The notes beneath the pieces were generated by a model. That model saw nothing but the letters and a program-made list of their open reading frames with translations, had not been told where the DNA came from and searched no databases. Below are positions 12,979-25,331 of a stretch of DNA of 64,000 nucleotides, piece by piece. The stretch lies in NCBI GenBank assembly GCA_964016885.1, contig OZ024741.1:182528001-182592000 (forward strand). The letters are read 5' to 3'. This DNA comes from Eledone cirrhosa (taxonomy: Eukaryota). Both the position numbers and the translations under genes were made by a program. Numbering within the stretch: position 1 is the first letter of the stretch; each line of letters opens with the position of its first letter.

Positions 12979-13343
12979 GTATGTATGGTCCCGTAACTCC
13001 TGGGTAAATCGTAGGGACGCCGTATTAACATACGGCGTTTCTTGGGAATTTTAAGCCTGACGGAGCCCATCTTTCTCCAGGCCTGAGTATAGCAGATTTC
13101 TTCCAAAGAAAGATAGAAAAGAGAGAGAGGAAATGAGAAAGAGATATAAAGAAAGCGATATGAAAGAAGAGATATAAAGGAAGAATGGTACTTTTTTATC
13201 GACCCCTGGTACTTTTTTATCGACCTCGAAAGGATGAAAGGCAAAGTTAACCTCGGCGGGATTTGAACTCGGTGATCAGAGAGTCGGAACGAATACAACA
13301 CTGCATTCTATCCGACGTTCTAACGACTCTACAAATTTGCCGC
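12979..13343 (-). mobile_element. tRNA-derived SINE family A, long-tailed form, with 13-bp TSD
   Basis: TSD ttcattaatactt at 12966 and 13344. Core gagttcaaatcccgccgaggttaactttgcctttcatcctttcgaggtcgataaaa. Homologous copy at 21411-21736. Confidence 0.8.
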
Positions 13344-13549
13344 TTCATTAATACTTAGCTCACTCAATAATATAATCATAGATCATAATGGAAAATTAAT
13401 TTTCTGTTCCATGTTATAAGATATTGTGTTAGTTTTCCCGAGGTAATCCAACACTCACAATCGATATCCATTGGATTCATTGAAGGATAATTGAAGATAG
13501 ATAAAATATAAAGATGAAGGTGATCGACATTTCAATTGTACACTGATTA

Positions 13550-13745
13550 AGAGAGTCAACTGAAAAGTTCATAAGCTGACTATGAATGAGTAATGCTAGG
13601 TCTGTTAAATCTTGCATGCATAAATTTCAACTCTTATTAATGACTGCATTGTTTGTTTCCAGATGCTATGTTTATAAATAAACCCCATTTGGTCATTCCA
13701 TGGGAGTATCTTTTTCAGCCTATGAACTTTTCTGTCGATTCTCGT
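13550..13745. mobile_element. Tc1/mariner-type MITE
   Basis: Imperfect TIRs gagagtcaactgaaaagttcataagctga / tcagcctatgaacttttctgtcgattctc. Confidence 0.6.
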
Positions 13746-13894
13746 TATACCCTTTTACACCGTTCTTTAAGAAGTATGCCCTTTCTTTATAGCAACCTGG
13801 TCTCTTAATTCACTAATTATTCGAATTCTTTCACTTCAGTTTCTTTCTGTCTATATTCTGCCTGATACTTATATATAAACCAATTAATTACCAG

Positions 13895-15459
13895 TCCAAG
13901 AAATCGTGGTTCAACATTCGTTTCTTTATTGATTGGTTTTTCTAGCATTTTATTCCTGCAGTCCACAAAGGCAAAGGATATTTCCTTAAATCTTCTGCTA
14001 ATGAGATGAAGGCGTTACTAATTTTGAACAACGCGACTGTTCATCAAAGGGAGATCATCAACTTGTTGGTAACTATGGTAAAATAGGGAGTATGTTCTTG
14101 CCGCCGAATGTTCCCTTCACAATTCAGCCAATTCATTAGGTATAGTTCTAGATCGCAAGTGATTATAACAACGAAAGTATTTGAACAAAGTTCTCACGGT
14201 AGTTGAAGAAGATAATCTTAGGCAACATAAACGAGAAAAAAAAAACAACAACTTTCAGTGACATTAAAAACTACAAATTTCAATTTAGCACTTCATGGAA
14301 GGATCTGGAGATTACCACTATTTCTATCACTAGGAAAAAAACTTTTATATAACCAAGAGGCAGAATACAATTTTGAAGGATTAGAACCAAAGGATATTCA
14401 TCACATTCTTCAAGGAATATACGAAACAAATTTTACAGATGGTGACATCAGAACGAGGTCGCAAAACACAGAGTACCAAATGTTAATAGAAGATATACTG
14501 GATGGTAGCAGACATAGTGAAGATGGTGACATCAGAACGAAGTCGCAAAACACGGAGTGTTACTCAGAATACCAAATGTTAACAGAAGATATACTGCATG
14601 GTAGCAGACATAGTGAAGATGGTGACATCAGAACGAGGTCGCAAAACACAGAGTGGTACTCAGAGTACCAAATGTTAACAGAATATATACTGCATGGTAG
14701 CAGACATAGTGAAGATGGTGACATCAGAACGAAGTCGCAAAACACGGAGTGTTACTCAGAGTACCAAATGTTAACAGAAGATATACTGCATGGTAGCAGA
14801 CAGTGAAGATGGTGACATCAGAACGAGGTCGCAAAACACAGAGTGTTACTCAGAGTACCAAATGTTAACAGAAGATATACTGCATGGTAGCAGACATAGT
14901 GAAGATGGTGACATCAGAACGAGGTCGCAAAACACAGAGTGTTACTCAGAGTACCAAATGTTAACAGAAGATATACTGCATGGTAGCAGACATAGTGAAG
15001 ATGGTGACATCAGAACGAGGTCGCAAAACACAGAGTGTTACTCAGAGTACCAAATGTTAACAGAAGATATACTGCATGGTAGCAGACATAGTGAAGATTG
15101 TGACATCAGAACGAGGTTGCAAAACACAGAGTGTTACTCAGAGTACCAAATGTTAACAGAAGATATACTGCATGGTAGCAGACATAGTGAAGATGGTGAC
15201 ATCAGAACGAAGTCGCAAAACACAGAGTGTTACTCAGAGTACCAAATGTTAACAGAAGATATACTGCATGGTAGCAGACATAGTGAAGATGGTGACATCA
15301 GAACGAGGTCGCAAAACACAGAGTGTTACTCAGAGTACCAAATGTTAACAGAAGACATAGTGAAGATGATGAAGATGAAACCAAAACTAAGTTTACGAAA
15401 ATCCCTAATGACGTCATTTCGTGCATTGACTTGTCAACAGAAATTGATATTCAACAACA
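13895..15459 (+). pseudogene. Decayed pogo/Tigger DDE transposase (probably resumes at about 16704-16790 after a nested MITE)
   Basis: Hand translation gives SWFNIRFFIDWFF*HFIPAV, KALLILNNATVH, MFLPPNV (DDE_1-like motifs), then acidic FEGLEPKDIHHIL. Confidence 0.6.
14438..15370 (+). repeat. 96-bp tandem repeat, about 10 units
   Basis: Unit starts at 14438, 14522, 14618, 14714, 14808, 14904, 15000, 15096, 15192, 15288. The first unit lacks 12 bp and the fourth lacks 2 bp. Confidence 0.95.
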
Positions 15460-15679
15460 CAGTAAGTCCTCTACTTTACAAACATCCTACTTACGAACTT
15501 CCACAGATACGAACAGTCTCACGAAAAGTTTGTTTTGTGGGCTCTTTCGGGTCATGGGTTCCTTCTTTTGCAGCATAAAAACAAGCCGAAAACGTACCTA
15601 CGGTATGGGATACCATTCTGTTTTCGCAGAATTGAAAAAGTACTCTTTTTTTTCTTTAACAATTTATTGTGATTAGCTT

Positions 15680-15828
15680 TACAGTATAGAGTTACGTCCC
15701 TTGCCATTCTGAGTTCAAATCCCGCCGAGGTTAACTTTGCCTTTCATCCTTACGAGGTCGATAAAATAAAGTACCAGTAATGTACTGGGTAATTGCTGGC
15801 CTTGTGCCAATAGTAGAAACAATTATTA
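15680..15828 (+). mobile_element. SINE family A, short form (other copies: 21767-21945+, 21990-22180+, 24632-24738-, 28595-28716+, 35735-35960+, 35975-36200+, 60050-60135+)
   Basis: B-box-like gagttcaaatcc, shared core ctttgcctttcatccttacggggtcgataaaataaagtaccagt, and (ATT)n tail. Confidence 0.85.
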
Positions 15829-15854
15829 CATGTTATATCTCTATCGCTATATAC

Positions 15855-15888
<34 letters not shown>

Positions 15889-15946
15889 GTGTGTGCGTGC
15901 GTGCGTGCGTGCGTGTGTGTGTAAACCAATTTTATATATATATATA

Positions 15947-16133
15947 GAGGAAAAGAGTCAGGACACCTCCGGCTGTTTCGACAGCTAGATCCGAGTTCGG
16001 ATCTAGCTGTCGAAGCGGCCGGAGCTCAGCCGTCGGTGTCCTGACTCTTTTCCTATTACCCACTCTACTACTTCAAGTACTGAATACTCTGGTGCGTTAT
16101 GGGCCACCTGCTGTCTTACCACACCCTCTTTGT
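15947..16133. mobile_element. Hairpin remnant of a Penelope terminal repeat (diverged relative of the 57024-58737 family)
   Basis: Shares gagctcagccgtcgg...cctattacccactctacta...ggtgcgttatgg with that family. (TA)n flanks. Confidence 0.7.
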
Positions 16134-16151
16134 TTTATATATATTTATTTA

Positions 16152-16524
16152 TATTGTTATACTTATGGAGGGTCATATTTGTGTAATATTGCCAGAATTA
16201 ATAACAGAACACACTCACTGTTTGGTTGGTTTTCGCAACAGAAAACAGTGTCTTTCAATAACCTTTCAGCTTGGCACAAATATGACCCTCCCCAAGTATA
16301 ACAATATTTGTTTCGACACACGATTTCATATAAAAAACCTCGCAAAACTAATTCATCGCCGTTATGGCATTAGCTTGTGCCAAGCTGAAAGGTTATTGAA
16401 AGACACTGTTTTCTGTTGCGAAAACCAACCAAACAGTGAGTGTGTTCTGTTATTAATTCTGGCAATATTACACAAATATGACCCTCCCCAAGTATAACAA
16501 TATTTGTTTCGACACACGATTTCG

Positions 16525-16527
<3 letters not shown>
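16152..16527. mobile_element. PLE-terminus element: inverted arm plus ~1.3 tandem copies of a 196-bp unit
   Basis: Arm 16152-16280 is the reverse complement of 16376-16503. cacaaatatgaccctcc repeats at 16275 and 16471. 16420-16503 is nearly identical to 43553-43635. Confidence 0.8.
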
Positions 16528-16572
<45 letters not shown>

Positions 16573-16847
16573 ACTCATATGGAAACCTGCAGTATCAATG
16601 TAACAAACATAGTATGTACTGTGTTAGACGATCAACTAACGAACAAATCAACTATCGAACGGAATCTTTGAACGTATCTCGTTCATAAGTTGGGGACGTA
16701 CTGTATTATCAACATCTTAAAGCATTACATAAACTTATTATCCGGACAGCATAAGCAAGGCAAATAACTGAAACCCAACTCATTCTTCTGTTGCAGTTGT
16801 TAAGCCTGCTAATGATATTAATGGTTTCTTATATTATATTATATATA

Positions 16848-17319
16848 CTAGCAGAAAAACCACCCTTTTTTCTGCTACCATGTATAGTGTGTATATTGAT
16901 ATTATACGCAGGTATATATACATATATATATATGTAGATATGATACATCAAATAAAATCGTAATAAGAAATTGAACGAAGACTGTGTTACACTGTGTTAT
17001 TTAATCAGTAACGTGATCCATGATACATTAAAAAAGACGATATTATATATAAACTGCATTAGGAGAAAATTAGTATGTTTACTTAAGGAAGTGTTGACAT
17101 TTCAGGAAGTGTTGACATTTAAGGAAGTGTTGACATTTCAGAAATGTTAAAGAAGTGAATCTTTAAATAAACAAAATATGAACAGCCACGGTATTTAGTA
17201 GATAAATTAGGTAATATTCATTCATTATTTAGTCAAAGTAATCCAACTTATTTTACTAATGGGATAAAAAAGTATAAACCGTACGCAGTCCCGCGCTCCT
17301 TACTTTATTATAGTTTAGA
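16848..17319 (-). mobile_element. Non-autonomous Helitron
   Basis: Minus strand begins A|TCTAAACTATAATAAAG and ends ttctgCTAG|T. Confidence 0.55.
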
Positions 17320-17649
17320 TATTTAATGACCTACCTTCAGTTGACTGAGACATCCTCAGTCATCTCAAATTTGTACAAGCTAGAAGCAAGTTGAACTTAA
17401 TGGAAATAATTTCATCAACACTGAGATGTATTGTATTTTTAGGAATATGGTAAGAAATATAAATAATGACGAGTCTGAGAGGTAAACCCGGTACACACAC
17501 ACACGCGCGCATATATATATATATATATACAGTTAAAATTCCGTTATAACGAATACCATTATAACGAATTTTTCAGTCTCATTTTTCAATATATATTTAC
17601 ACACACCGCTGGTATTCACGATCGTATTATTTCTGTCATTACCAAAGAT

Positions 17650-19570
17650 TCTTCACCATAGATAAAGATTGACACGAAGACCGAATTGAAGAGAGCGAGT
17701 TTGTCTTTTACACCTACCTTCCATCTTATGATTACCGATTACCGATTACTGAAGCTGGCGCATTACTGCACCAGCTCCTGCAATTCTTGCACTTAATTCA
17801 GTCTTCTGCATTCCATCACTCGTGAACACACCCCCGAGATACTTGAACTTCTCTACGTGCTTCAGTGCAACACTGTTCACATATATAGACAAGTGTCTCA
17901 GTTTTCGCTGCACTAATTTTTATTCCAACCATGCAGCACTCAACATCAAACCTAGCAAGTGCAAATCGGCGATCATCTTTTGTCGTGTTAAGTAACACCA
18001 TGTTATCTGCAAATTCCAGCCGACTTATTTTACACCCACCAGTCGTGATACCACGTCTAACCCGGCTGCGCATACCAGTCCTATTCATGGAAATAATGAA
18101 CAGGAGAGGTGACTGTGCGCACCCTTGGTGGAGTTCGACGCCCACATTGAATGGTTTTTATTTAGCACCATTTATCAGAAAACAAATACTAAGGCATTCG
18201 TATAGAGACATCAAGGCAATAAGAAACTGACCATTGATCCCATACTCCTGCAGAACCTTTCACAGAATATCCCGAGGAACGCGGTCATATGCATTTTCAA
18301 GGTCTACGAAATAAGAATATACCTCTTGGCAATACTCCCGTCATTTCCGCAGCGTGAATATTTGGTCGGTTGTGCTGCGTCCGGGGCAAAAACCGCACTG
18401 TTTTTCAGCTAGCTTGGACTCGACAATCTCCCTACATCTATTTGCCAGACACTTAGCATAGATTTTACTGGGAAGGCTTAACAAGGAGATCCATCTGTAA
18501 TTGGAGCAATCTCTCTTGTCTCCCTTCTTGAAAATTGGGTTTATCACTCCCGATTGCCATTGCTTAGGTATTTTTCCTAGGCATTCAAGCGACCCGACGC
18601 ACCTGAGTCAGCCAGAGAATACCTTCTCTATTTAAAGCTTTTAATATCTCGGCCTGAATTTAATCCTCCCCCGCAGCTTTGCAACATTCGAGCTCTTTAA
18701 CTGCTCTTGTGACCCCAGCCTCCGAGAGATTAGTCACCGCTCTCAGATGCACCATCAGACGATGCTGTTGTGATCGGGTTTAGAAGATCAGCAATGTACT
18801 CTCTCCGCCTCGCAAGGACGCACCACTCTGAAGAGAGGAGAACCCCAGATGCGTTCCTGATAGCAGATGTGGAGAACATCTTATAAGGAAGTCGGCTGAA
18901 TGTCGACCAAAACATTTTATTTGCTGATCTGAAGTCGGATTCCAGCTTAACCCCGAAGTTCTCCCATGCCTTAACATTGGACGCCTTCACTGTCTCTGCT
19001 ACGATTCTTCGACCCTACTTGAACCACATGTGAAAGTAAGAGGACTTATTTCAAAGCCAAACTTTATAAGCCTCCTTCTTTGCTCGGAGAGCAACTTTGA
19101 CCTCTTGATTGAACCAAGGAGGTCCTCCTTCCATCCGGCGCCACACCAAGCCTCTTGTGTTCCGAGAATTTAACAGCTGAAGCAGAAACTTCTGCGCTGA
19201 ACAATCCCAACTCTATTTCAACGGCCGCCAATGTTTCCCACTTTCTCCTGTGGGTCGCCCTGGACTTACCAGTTTTGTGGGAATCTTTGGCTTTTGGTAG
19301 TCTCAAGCTGCAGATAACTAGATGGTGTTGACAGTTGACAGCTCAGCCCCTCTCTTAGCACAGAATCAAAGAGATCAGAGACAATAACAAAATAAATTAT
19401 TGATCTCTGTCCCTGATTCCCCTTATACCATGATTCCCCTGATTCCCCTTATACTTATACCATATATATTTATGGATGTCTCTGTTCTGGAAGAAGGTGT
19501 TCATTATTGAGAGTCCATTGCTAGATCAGAAATCTAATAAGGCCTCTCCATTTATATTTAGTCTCCTCTA
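17650..19570 (-). pseudogene. Decayed RTE-clade LINE (endonuclease end + RT)
   Basis: PIFKKGDKRDCSNYRWISLLSLPSKIYAK, QCGFCPGRSTTDQIFTLR, HQGCAQSPLLF, LEFADNMVL. Many stops and frameshifts. Confidence 0.88.
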
Positions 19571-19706
19571 CCTAAGGCCTGAACACGTCTCTTGGTAAGC
19601 CGCGCGAAGGACGATGCGGTATGGTTCTTTTTAGTTCCTCTCACCATATTGCAGTTTTGGTGGTCTTATTCGCGCCAGTCACCAATCTGGTACTTTCTGA
19701 AACCCG

Positions 19707-19937
<231 letters not shown>

Positions 19938-20103
19938 GTATACGTATATATACATGTATGTATACACACGCGCGCACACCCACACACCCATGTATATAAA
20001 AGTTTGAAATGAGGAGAACAGAATATTGTCGAAGATATTTAAAGTAATTGGAGATGTGACAGATTTGGTTGTCTATATTAACTATGGAAGGGGATAGTAT
20101 ATA

Positions 20104-20191
<88 letters not shown>

Positions 20192-20194
<3 letters not shown>

Positions 20195-20550
20195 GAGGTT
20201 ATATTTAATTTGTTGGGATACAACAAGCTGAAAAATGTTTTTATAACTGATATAAAGCACTCAACAGTTATTGGAGTAAATATACAATATATTAACAAAT
20301 GGAAACTATATTTATAAAACCATATTTATTTTATTATACATATTTATTTTATTATACTATCCAGGAAGCTCCAACCGTTAAGGTTGTCTTTTTTCAGGGT
20401 ATGTCAATATTTATTTATAAAACTAATCTGTATTGCATTTTATCTGATGAAAGCGCACCATAATATTTGCCTTGGTGGCCCTTGAAATATGTATAATAAA
20501 ATAAATATGGTTTTATAAATATAGTTTCCATTTGTTAATATATTGTGTAT
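20192..20550. mobile_element. Fold-back PLE-type element with an HHR at 20438-20501 (+)
   Basis: Inverted arms 20281-20345 / 20485-20550. ttttat-CTGATGA-aagcgcacca...tggtggccctt-GAAA-tatgta-TA-ataaaa. Confidence 0.75.
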
Positions 20551-20658
20551 ATATATATAATATTTGTGTGTGTATCAGTATGTGTACCAGTGTGCATATC
20601 AAGATTTACATGATACTTGCGTGTATGTATAACTGCGTGCATTCGTTGATGTTTATTC

Positions 20659-20792
<134 letters not shown>

Positions 20793-21410
20793 ACTTGCAC
20801 TACGGGACATTCCTTCATCATCGGTTGAGTGAAGATCATACATGAAGGAGGCATATGTGTCCCTATAATGAAAGTCTGGTGGATTAATATACTAGAGACG
20901 GCTGTCACCTATTCTGTTTACCTTTATTGGTCTTCGACAAAATCTTCTCGAAACCTCTTTTTCGCTTCTAATATAGTTCTTTATATTAATCCATACAAAA
21001 AAAAGACACCGCAGCGCGTCTCTAACACAATCGAACTTGCCTACCCTCACTTTTCTCTCTGCTTCGTTATTTCAGAATGCCCCCTGCCTTTCCATGCGAT
21101 CATCTGCGTAGAGAGCAGCTTATAAAAACATAGGCATGATACGAGGCAACGTGGGCCCCTGACATGATCATTCGACATGCTAGAAATAGTAACCAAATCT
21201 CTAAATTAAACCACTTCACGGGTACTTTATTTCATCGATCTCAAAAGAATGGAGAGCAAAGTTGATTTTATCAAGACATGGACACAAAATGTACTCCCAT
21301 ATAATATTACACAAATAATTTAGTCTTGTACTTTTCTGGTTCTCCCGATCCATTACCGCAATATTATTATAGTTATAATAATTTCTTATATAATTACTAC
21401 CACAATTATT

Positions 21411-21736
21411 AAAAGGCAGCGAATTGGCAGAGTTGTCAGAACGTTAGATAGAATGCTTTACACTATTCTTTCCGAATCTCTGCTCCCTGAGTACAAATCC
21501 TACCGAAGTCAACTTTGCTTCAAAGTCGGTTAAAACGTACCAGTCTAGTATTGGGGTTGATTTTTCTTCTGTGTCTCTTTCTCTTTTCCTTTCTCTCACT
21601 CTCTATCCTTCTCTGGAAGAAATCTGCTGCATTCAAACCTAGAAAGAAGATAGGCACCACCGGGTTTTAAAAATGCCCTAGAACTGCCATATGTCAATAT
21701 GGTGCTGCTACGACTCCCTCGGGAGTTACGTGTCCT
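21411..21736 (+). mobile_element. SINE family A, long-tailed form
   Basis: Homologous to 12979-13343. Imperfect TSD attactac(cac)aattatt. Confidence 0.7.
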
Positions 21737-21938
21737 TATTACTACAATTATTATTTATTATTATTAGCAGTATCGGTAGAGGGTCGGACGCCATGCTTTC
21801 CAGCATAGTTACGTCTCTTTACGGTCTGAGTTCAAATCCCGCCGAGGTTGACTTTGCCTTTCATCCTTACGGGGTTGATAAAATAAAGTACCAGTAATGC
21901 ACTGGGTAATTGCTGGCCTTGTGCCTAACGTAGAAACA

Positions 21939-21977
<39 letters not shown>

Positions 21978-22179
21978 TGTCTATATATAAGGGCAGTGGA
22001 TTGGCAGCATCGGTAGAGGGTCGGACACCATGCTTTGTAGCATAGTTACGGCCCTTTACAGTCTGAGTTCCCGCCGAGATTAACTTTGCTTTTCATCCTT
22101 ATGAGGTCGATAAAATAAAGTACCAGTAATACACTGGATTAATTGCTGGCCTTGTGCCAAAAGTAGAAACAATTATTAT

Positions 22180-22510
22180 TTGTCTATTTATCACGACCGA
22201 CTTTGATGTTGCTGTGGGCCTGTTATTTTAGGGAATACCGGGCTATAACTAGTAACCTAGGGTAACTTGAACTTTTTCTTATCATTCCTTGTCATTTCAC
22301 GACTGTTGATAGTCCAGAACCTTTTTCTATATTTGGGCTGTTCCCAGTAAGTATGACTTCTGGAGCAGTTCAATCCCTGGTTCAAAGTTTATTTTCGATA
22401 GATAATTCTCACCATACCAAGAGTACCAATCACCACTGGGAGAGTGACGACTTTCTTCACTGCATTACTCCAACATTTCAAGATCTCATATGTTAAGCCC
22501 CTACTTTCTC
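22180..22510 (-). mobile_element. 3' fragment of an R4/Dong-like element
   Basis: Minus translation PVVIGTLG ... ELLQKSYLLGTAQI*KKVL, typical of the RLE C-terminus. Confidence 0.6.
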
Positions 22511-22890
22511 CTCTTTTCGTTTAATGTTGGTGTCAAAATGACACGTTACATCTATAAGGGTACAGTTTCTCTGCTCTGTAAAATCCCGACTGCGGTTCTT
22601 AGTGATTTCGGGTTGTGTGTTCAGCAAGCCTTTCAAGGGTGTAGTAATATTTGTAGGATGTTAAAAAATAGGTCACTAGGCTTAGTAGTGCTTTGGTTGA
22701 GTGTATTATATTAGTAAATTGGTACCACAGGATTATATATATATATATAGTTGTTATATAGTAAGGTGTATTATTGGTTGTGTCATACGGTCCAATAAAC
22801 TTTTGTTAGCAATATTAAGTTCTCCACGCTTTTGTATATCTCCAATTCCATTTATGGGAACAGCTAGATGATGTAAAACGGAGTATTTGT

Positions 22891-23266
22891 ATCAAAATAA
22901 AGATCCGAAGGCATGGTATAAATTTCCAATCATTTTAATCACGACACATGTTTCAATAAGAGATAGATCGATCGTGTGGTTATGATCGATTATGACTGAT
23001 CTCGTCAGGTGAAAATGAATTGTCTTCAAATCTTTGATATGAGGGAGAAAATTTAACGATGTTCACTCACTAGAGTTTTGTCCCCCTTGAGTGAACATCG
23101 TTAAATTTTCTCCCTCATATCAAGGATTTGAAGACAATTCATTTTCACCTGACGAGATCTGTGATAATCGATCATGGCGGCACAATCGATCTATCTCTTA
23201 TTGGAACATGTGTCGTGATTAAAATGATTGGAAATTTATACCATGCCTTCGGATCTTTATTTTGAT
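22891..23266. mobile_element. Fold-back element with an HHR in each arm
   Basis: About 180-bp arms and an 18-nt spacer. tcac-CTGACGA-...-GAAA-catgtg-TC-gtga at 22939-23012 (-). The copy at 23145-23218 (+) has GAAA>GGAA. Confidence 0.8.
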
Positions 23267-23280
23267 ATATATATATACGT

Positions 23281-23500
23281 GAAGGCGTATGGCTGAGTGG
23301 TTAGAGAATCGGATTCGCAATCGTAAGGTTGTGAGTTCGATTCCTGGACCAGGCTATGCGTTATGTCCTTGAGCAAGACACTTTATTTCACGTTGCTCCT
23401 TCTACCTGGAGTTGCGACCGATAGATAGTATTAGCAATTGGAAAGACCAACGGAAACATTGTTCCCTCGGTCCGATTTGACGAAAGTCGATCGATTCTAA
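23281..23500 (+). mobile_element. tRNA-headed SINE family B (other copies 59095-59313 and 59566-59735)
   Basis: A box tggctgagtgg, B box gagttcgattcc, central tgtccttgagcaagacactt, structured 3' tail. (TA)n on both sides. Confidence 0.85.
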
Positions 23501-23535
<35 letters not shown>

Positions 23536-23537
<2 letters not shown>

Positions 23538-23736
23538 CGAAGGAAATGTGGTAAGGAACCAGGTGGACCATAACGCACCAAAGTACTCAATACTTGGGGT
23601 AGTAGAGTGGGTAATAGGAACCAGTAAGACCCCGACGGCTGAGCTCAAGCCGTTTCAACGGCTAATTCTGGACTAATTCTAGTCCAGAATTAGCCGTCGA
23701 AACGGCTTGAGCTCAGCCGTCGGGGTCTTACTGGTT

Positions 23737-23739
<3 letters not shown>
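23536..23739. mobile_element. Hairpin remnant of the Penelope terminal repeat (also 31787-31903 and 38731-38939)
   Basis: Near-identical to the two ends of 57024-58737. Confidence 0.85.
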
Positions 23740-23772
<33 letters not shown>

Positions 23773-23775
<3 letters not shown>

Positions 23776-24410
23776 AAGAAGGGTACAGTCATCATGCTTC
23801 GCAGTAACCTGGGATCAACTATGATTCTGCAATGAGACGTGTATGGTTCTGACTCAACTAGAGCCACATATTATCGAGGCTAAAATCCTCACTGGATGTG
23901 AGAAGGGAGACATCGTATTCATACCCAGAATACAGCTAATTCCAACAGATGTCGCATTTCGTTTCAAACTATTGCAATTTCCAGTGAGAGTCAGTTACGC
24001 AATGACCATCAACAAGTCCCAAAGTCAAACCCTGCAGGTTGTCATTCTCCATCTAGAAGAGGGCTGTTTCTCAGATGGTCAATTGTATGTAGGTTGTTCC
24101 AGACTAGGAAGCCCCCATAAACTCTTCATATATGCTCCGAAGAAAAAAGTTCAAAACATTGTATATTCTGAAGTTTTGTATGTGTTTAATAATTTTCGTA
24201 GAATGTATTTTTGTAGTATTTTCTTTATTTTTTTTCTATATTTAGATAGTGTAGATATTTTTTAAAAACTTTATTATGCAATATTTAAATACCTTTTAAC
24301 GTCTTTTATTTTAAAGAAAATGGACATTACAATAGATGCCAATAGGTGCCTTTGTGAATAGATGTGAGGACAGTAGAAACCGGGCGAAAGCCGGGAGGCC
24401 GTTTGTATAT
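23773..24410 (+). mobile_element. Helitron 3' fragment: Pif1 helicase C-terminus and terminal hairpin
   Basis: VFIPRIQLIP...LQFPVRVSYAMTINKSQSQTL...GQLYVGCSR, plus hairpin ccgggcgaaagccggg near 24380-24395. Confidence 0.85.
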
Positions 24411-24557
24411 GTATATATCCGTATGTGGTTGACGGCTGAGAGAATAGAGAACTCAATACTGAAGAAGAGTTTTAATATTCATTTTATTAAGGGTGAATAA
24501 GGAGTCTTGTAGCTCTGCAGTTTCGCCTGTTTACCTCAGTGTCATCAGACAAGAACG

Positions 24558-24598
<41 letters not shown>

Positions 24599-24775
24599 CA
24601 AGATTCATATATATATATATATATATATATAACTGTTTCTACGTTAGGCACAAGGCCAGCAATTATCCAGTGCATTACTGGTACTTTATTTTATCGACCC
24701 CGTAGTTAACCTTGGCGGGATTTGAACTCAGAATGGCATATATATATATATAACAAGATTCATATATATAAATAT

Positions 24776-25331
24776 ATGCCAACACAAGAGCAAGAATGAG
24801 GGGCTCATTCTACTGATATGGCTTTAAAAATGAGGCTGTTTGCATAATTGCAAACGAATCGAATATTATCATTAATATTCGAAAAACTCAGATTACATTT
24901 ATTGTATTCAGCCATGTAGAGCGAACATTTTTTTTTTTTCAATATGGCAAAGCAGGCCATTAATCGCTCGTATACAGGAAACTGACTGGCCAGTGTGCTG
25001 ATATGCAAATCTGGCTGATCAGTGGATCTGCTAATATGCAGATCTGACTGATCAGCCAGTCTGCTAATATGCAAATCAGGCCGATCAGTCACTGTATATT
25101 TTAGAAAATAGCATATATTTTCACTAACTCTGACAGTTGGCAGGGGAACAGTGAGCTGTACTGATGAAGGGTGATACCCAGAAACATTAGTGTCTGCAGT
25201 TCTGTTCACATGCCAACACAAGAGCAGCAATGAGGGGCTCATTCTACTGACATGGCTTTAAAAATGAAGATGTTTGCATAATTGCAAACGAATCGAATAT
25301 TATTATTAATATTAGAAAAACTCAGATTACA
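24776..25331 (+). mobile_element. Retrozyme-like element: 434-bp unit with ~120-bp terminal direct repeat and one HHR
   Basis: Direct repeats at 24776-24897 and 25210-25331. Three internal 33-bp repeats at about 24997-25093. TA-rich flanks. Confidence 0.75.
25146..25207 (+). ncRNA. Type I HHR
   Basis: gaacagtgagctgta-CTGATGA-agggt gat accca-GAAA-ca ttag tg-TC-tgcagttctgttc. Long stem I and a GUC triplet. Confidence 0.85.

Larger units (their letters stand above)
15460..16703. mobile_element. Tigger-type MITE containing nested SINE and PLE-type insertions
   Basis: Termini cagtaagtcct...acttacgaac / gttcataagttggggacgtactg followed by TA. Confidence 0.6.

Noticed and set aside
14438-15370. 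96-bp array as a CRISPR array
   Set aside because: Units repeat along their full length with no unique spacers, there are no cas genes, and the context is eukaryotic.
17528-17575. Single Tigger-like terminus (also about 12783-12840)
   Set aside because: No matching second TIR could be assigned with confidence.
23281-23355. tRNA gene (also 59095, 59566)
   Set aside because: The tRNA-like head runs straight into a SINE body and the acceptor stem does not close.
23843-24265. Host PIF1 helicase gene
   Set aside because: Truncated, motifs degraded (KSQSQT), and followed by a Helitron 3' hairpin.
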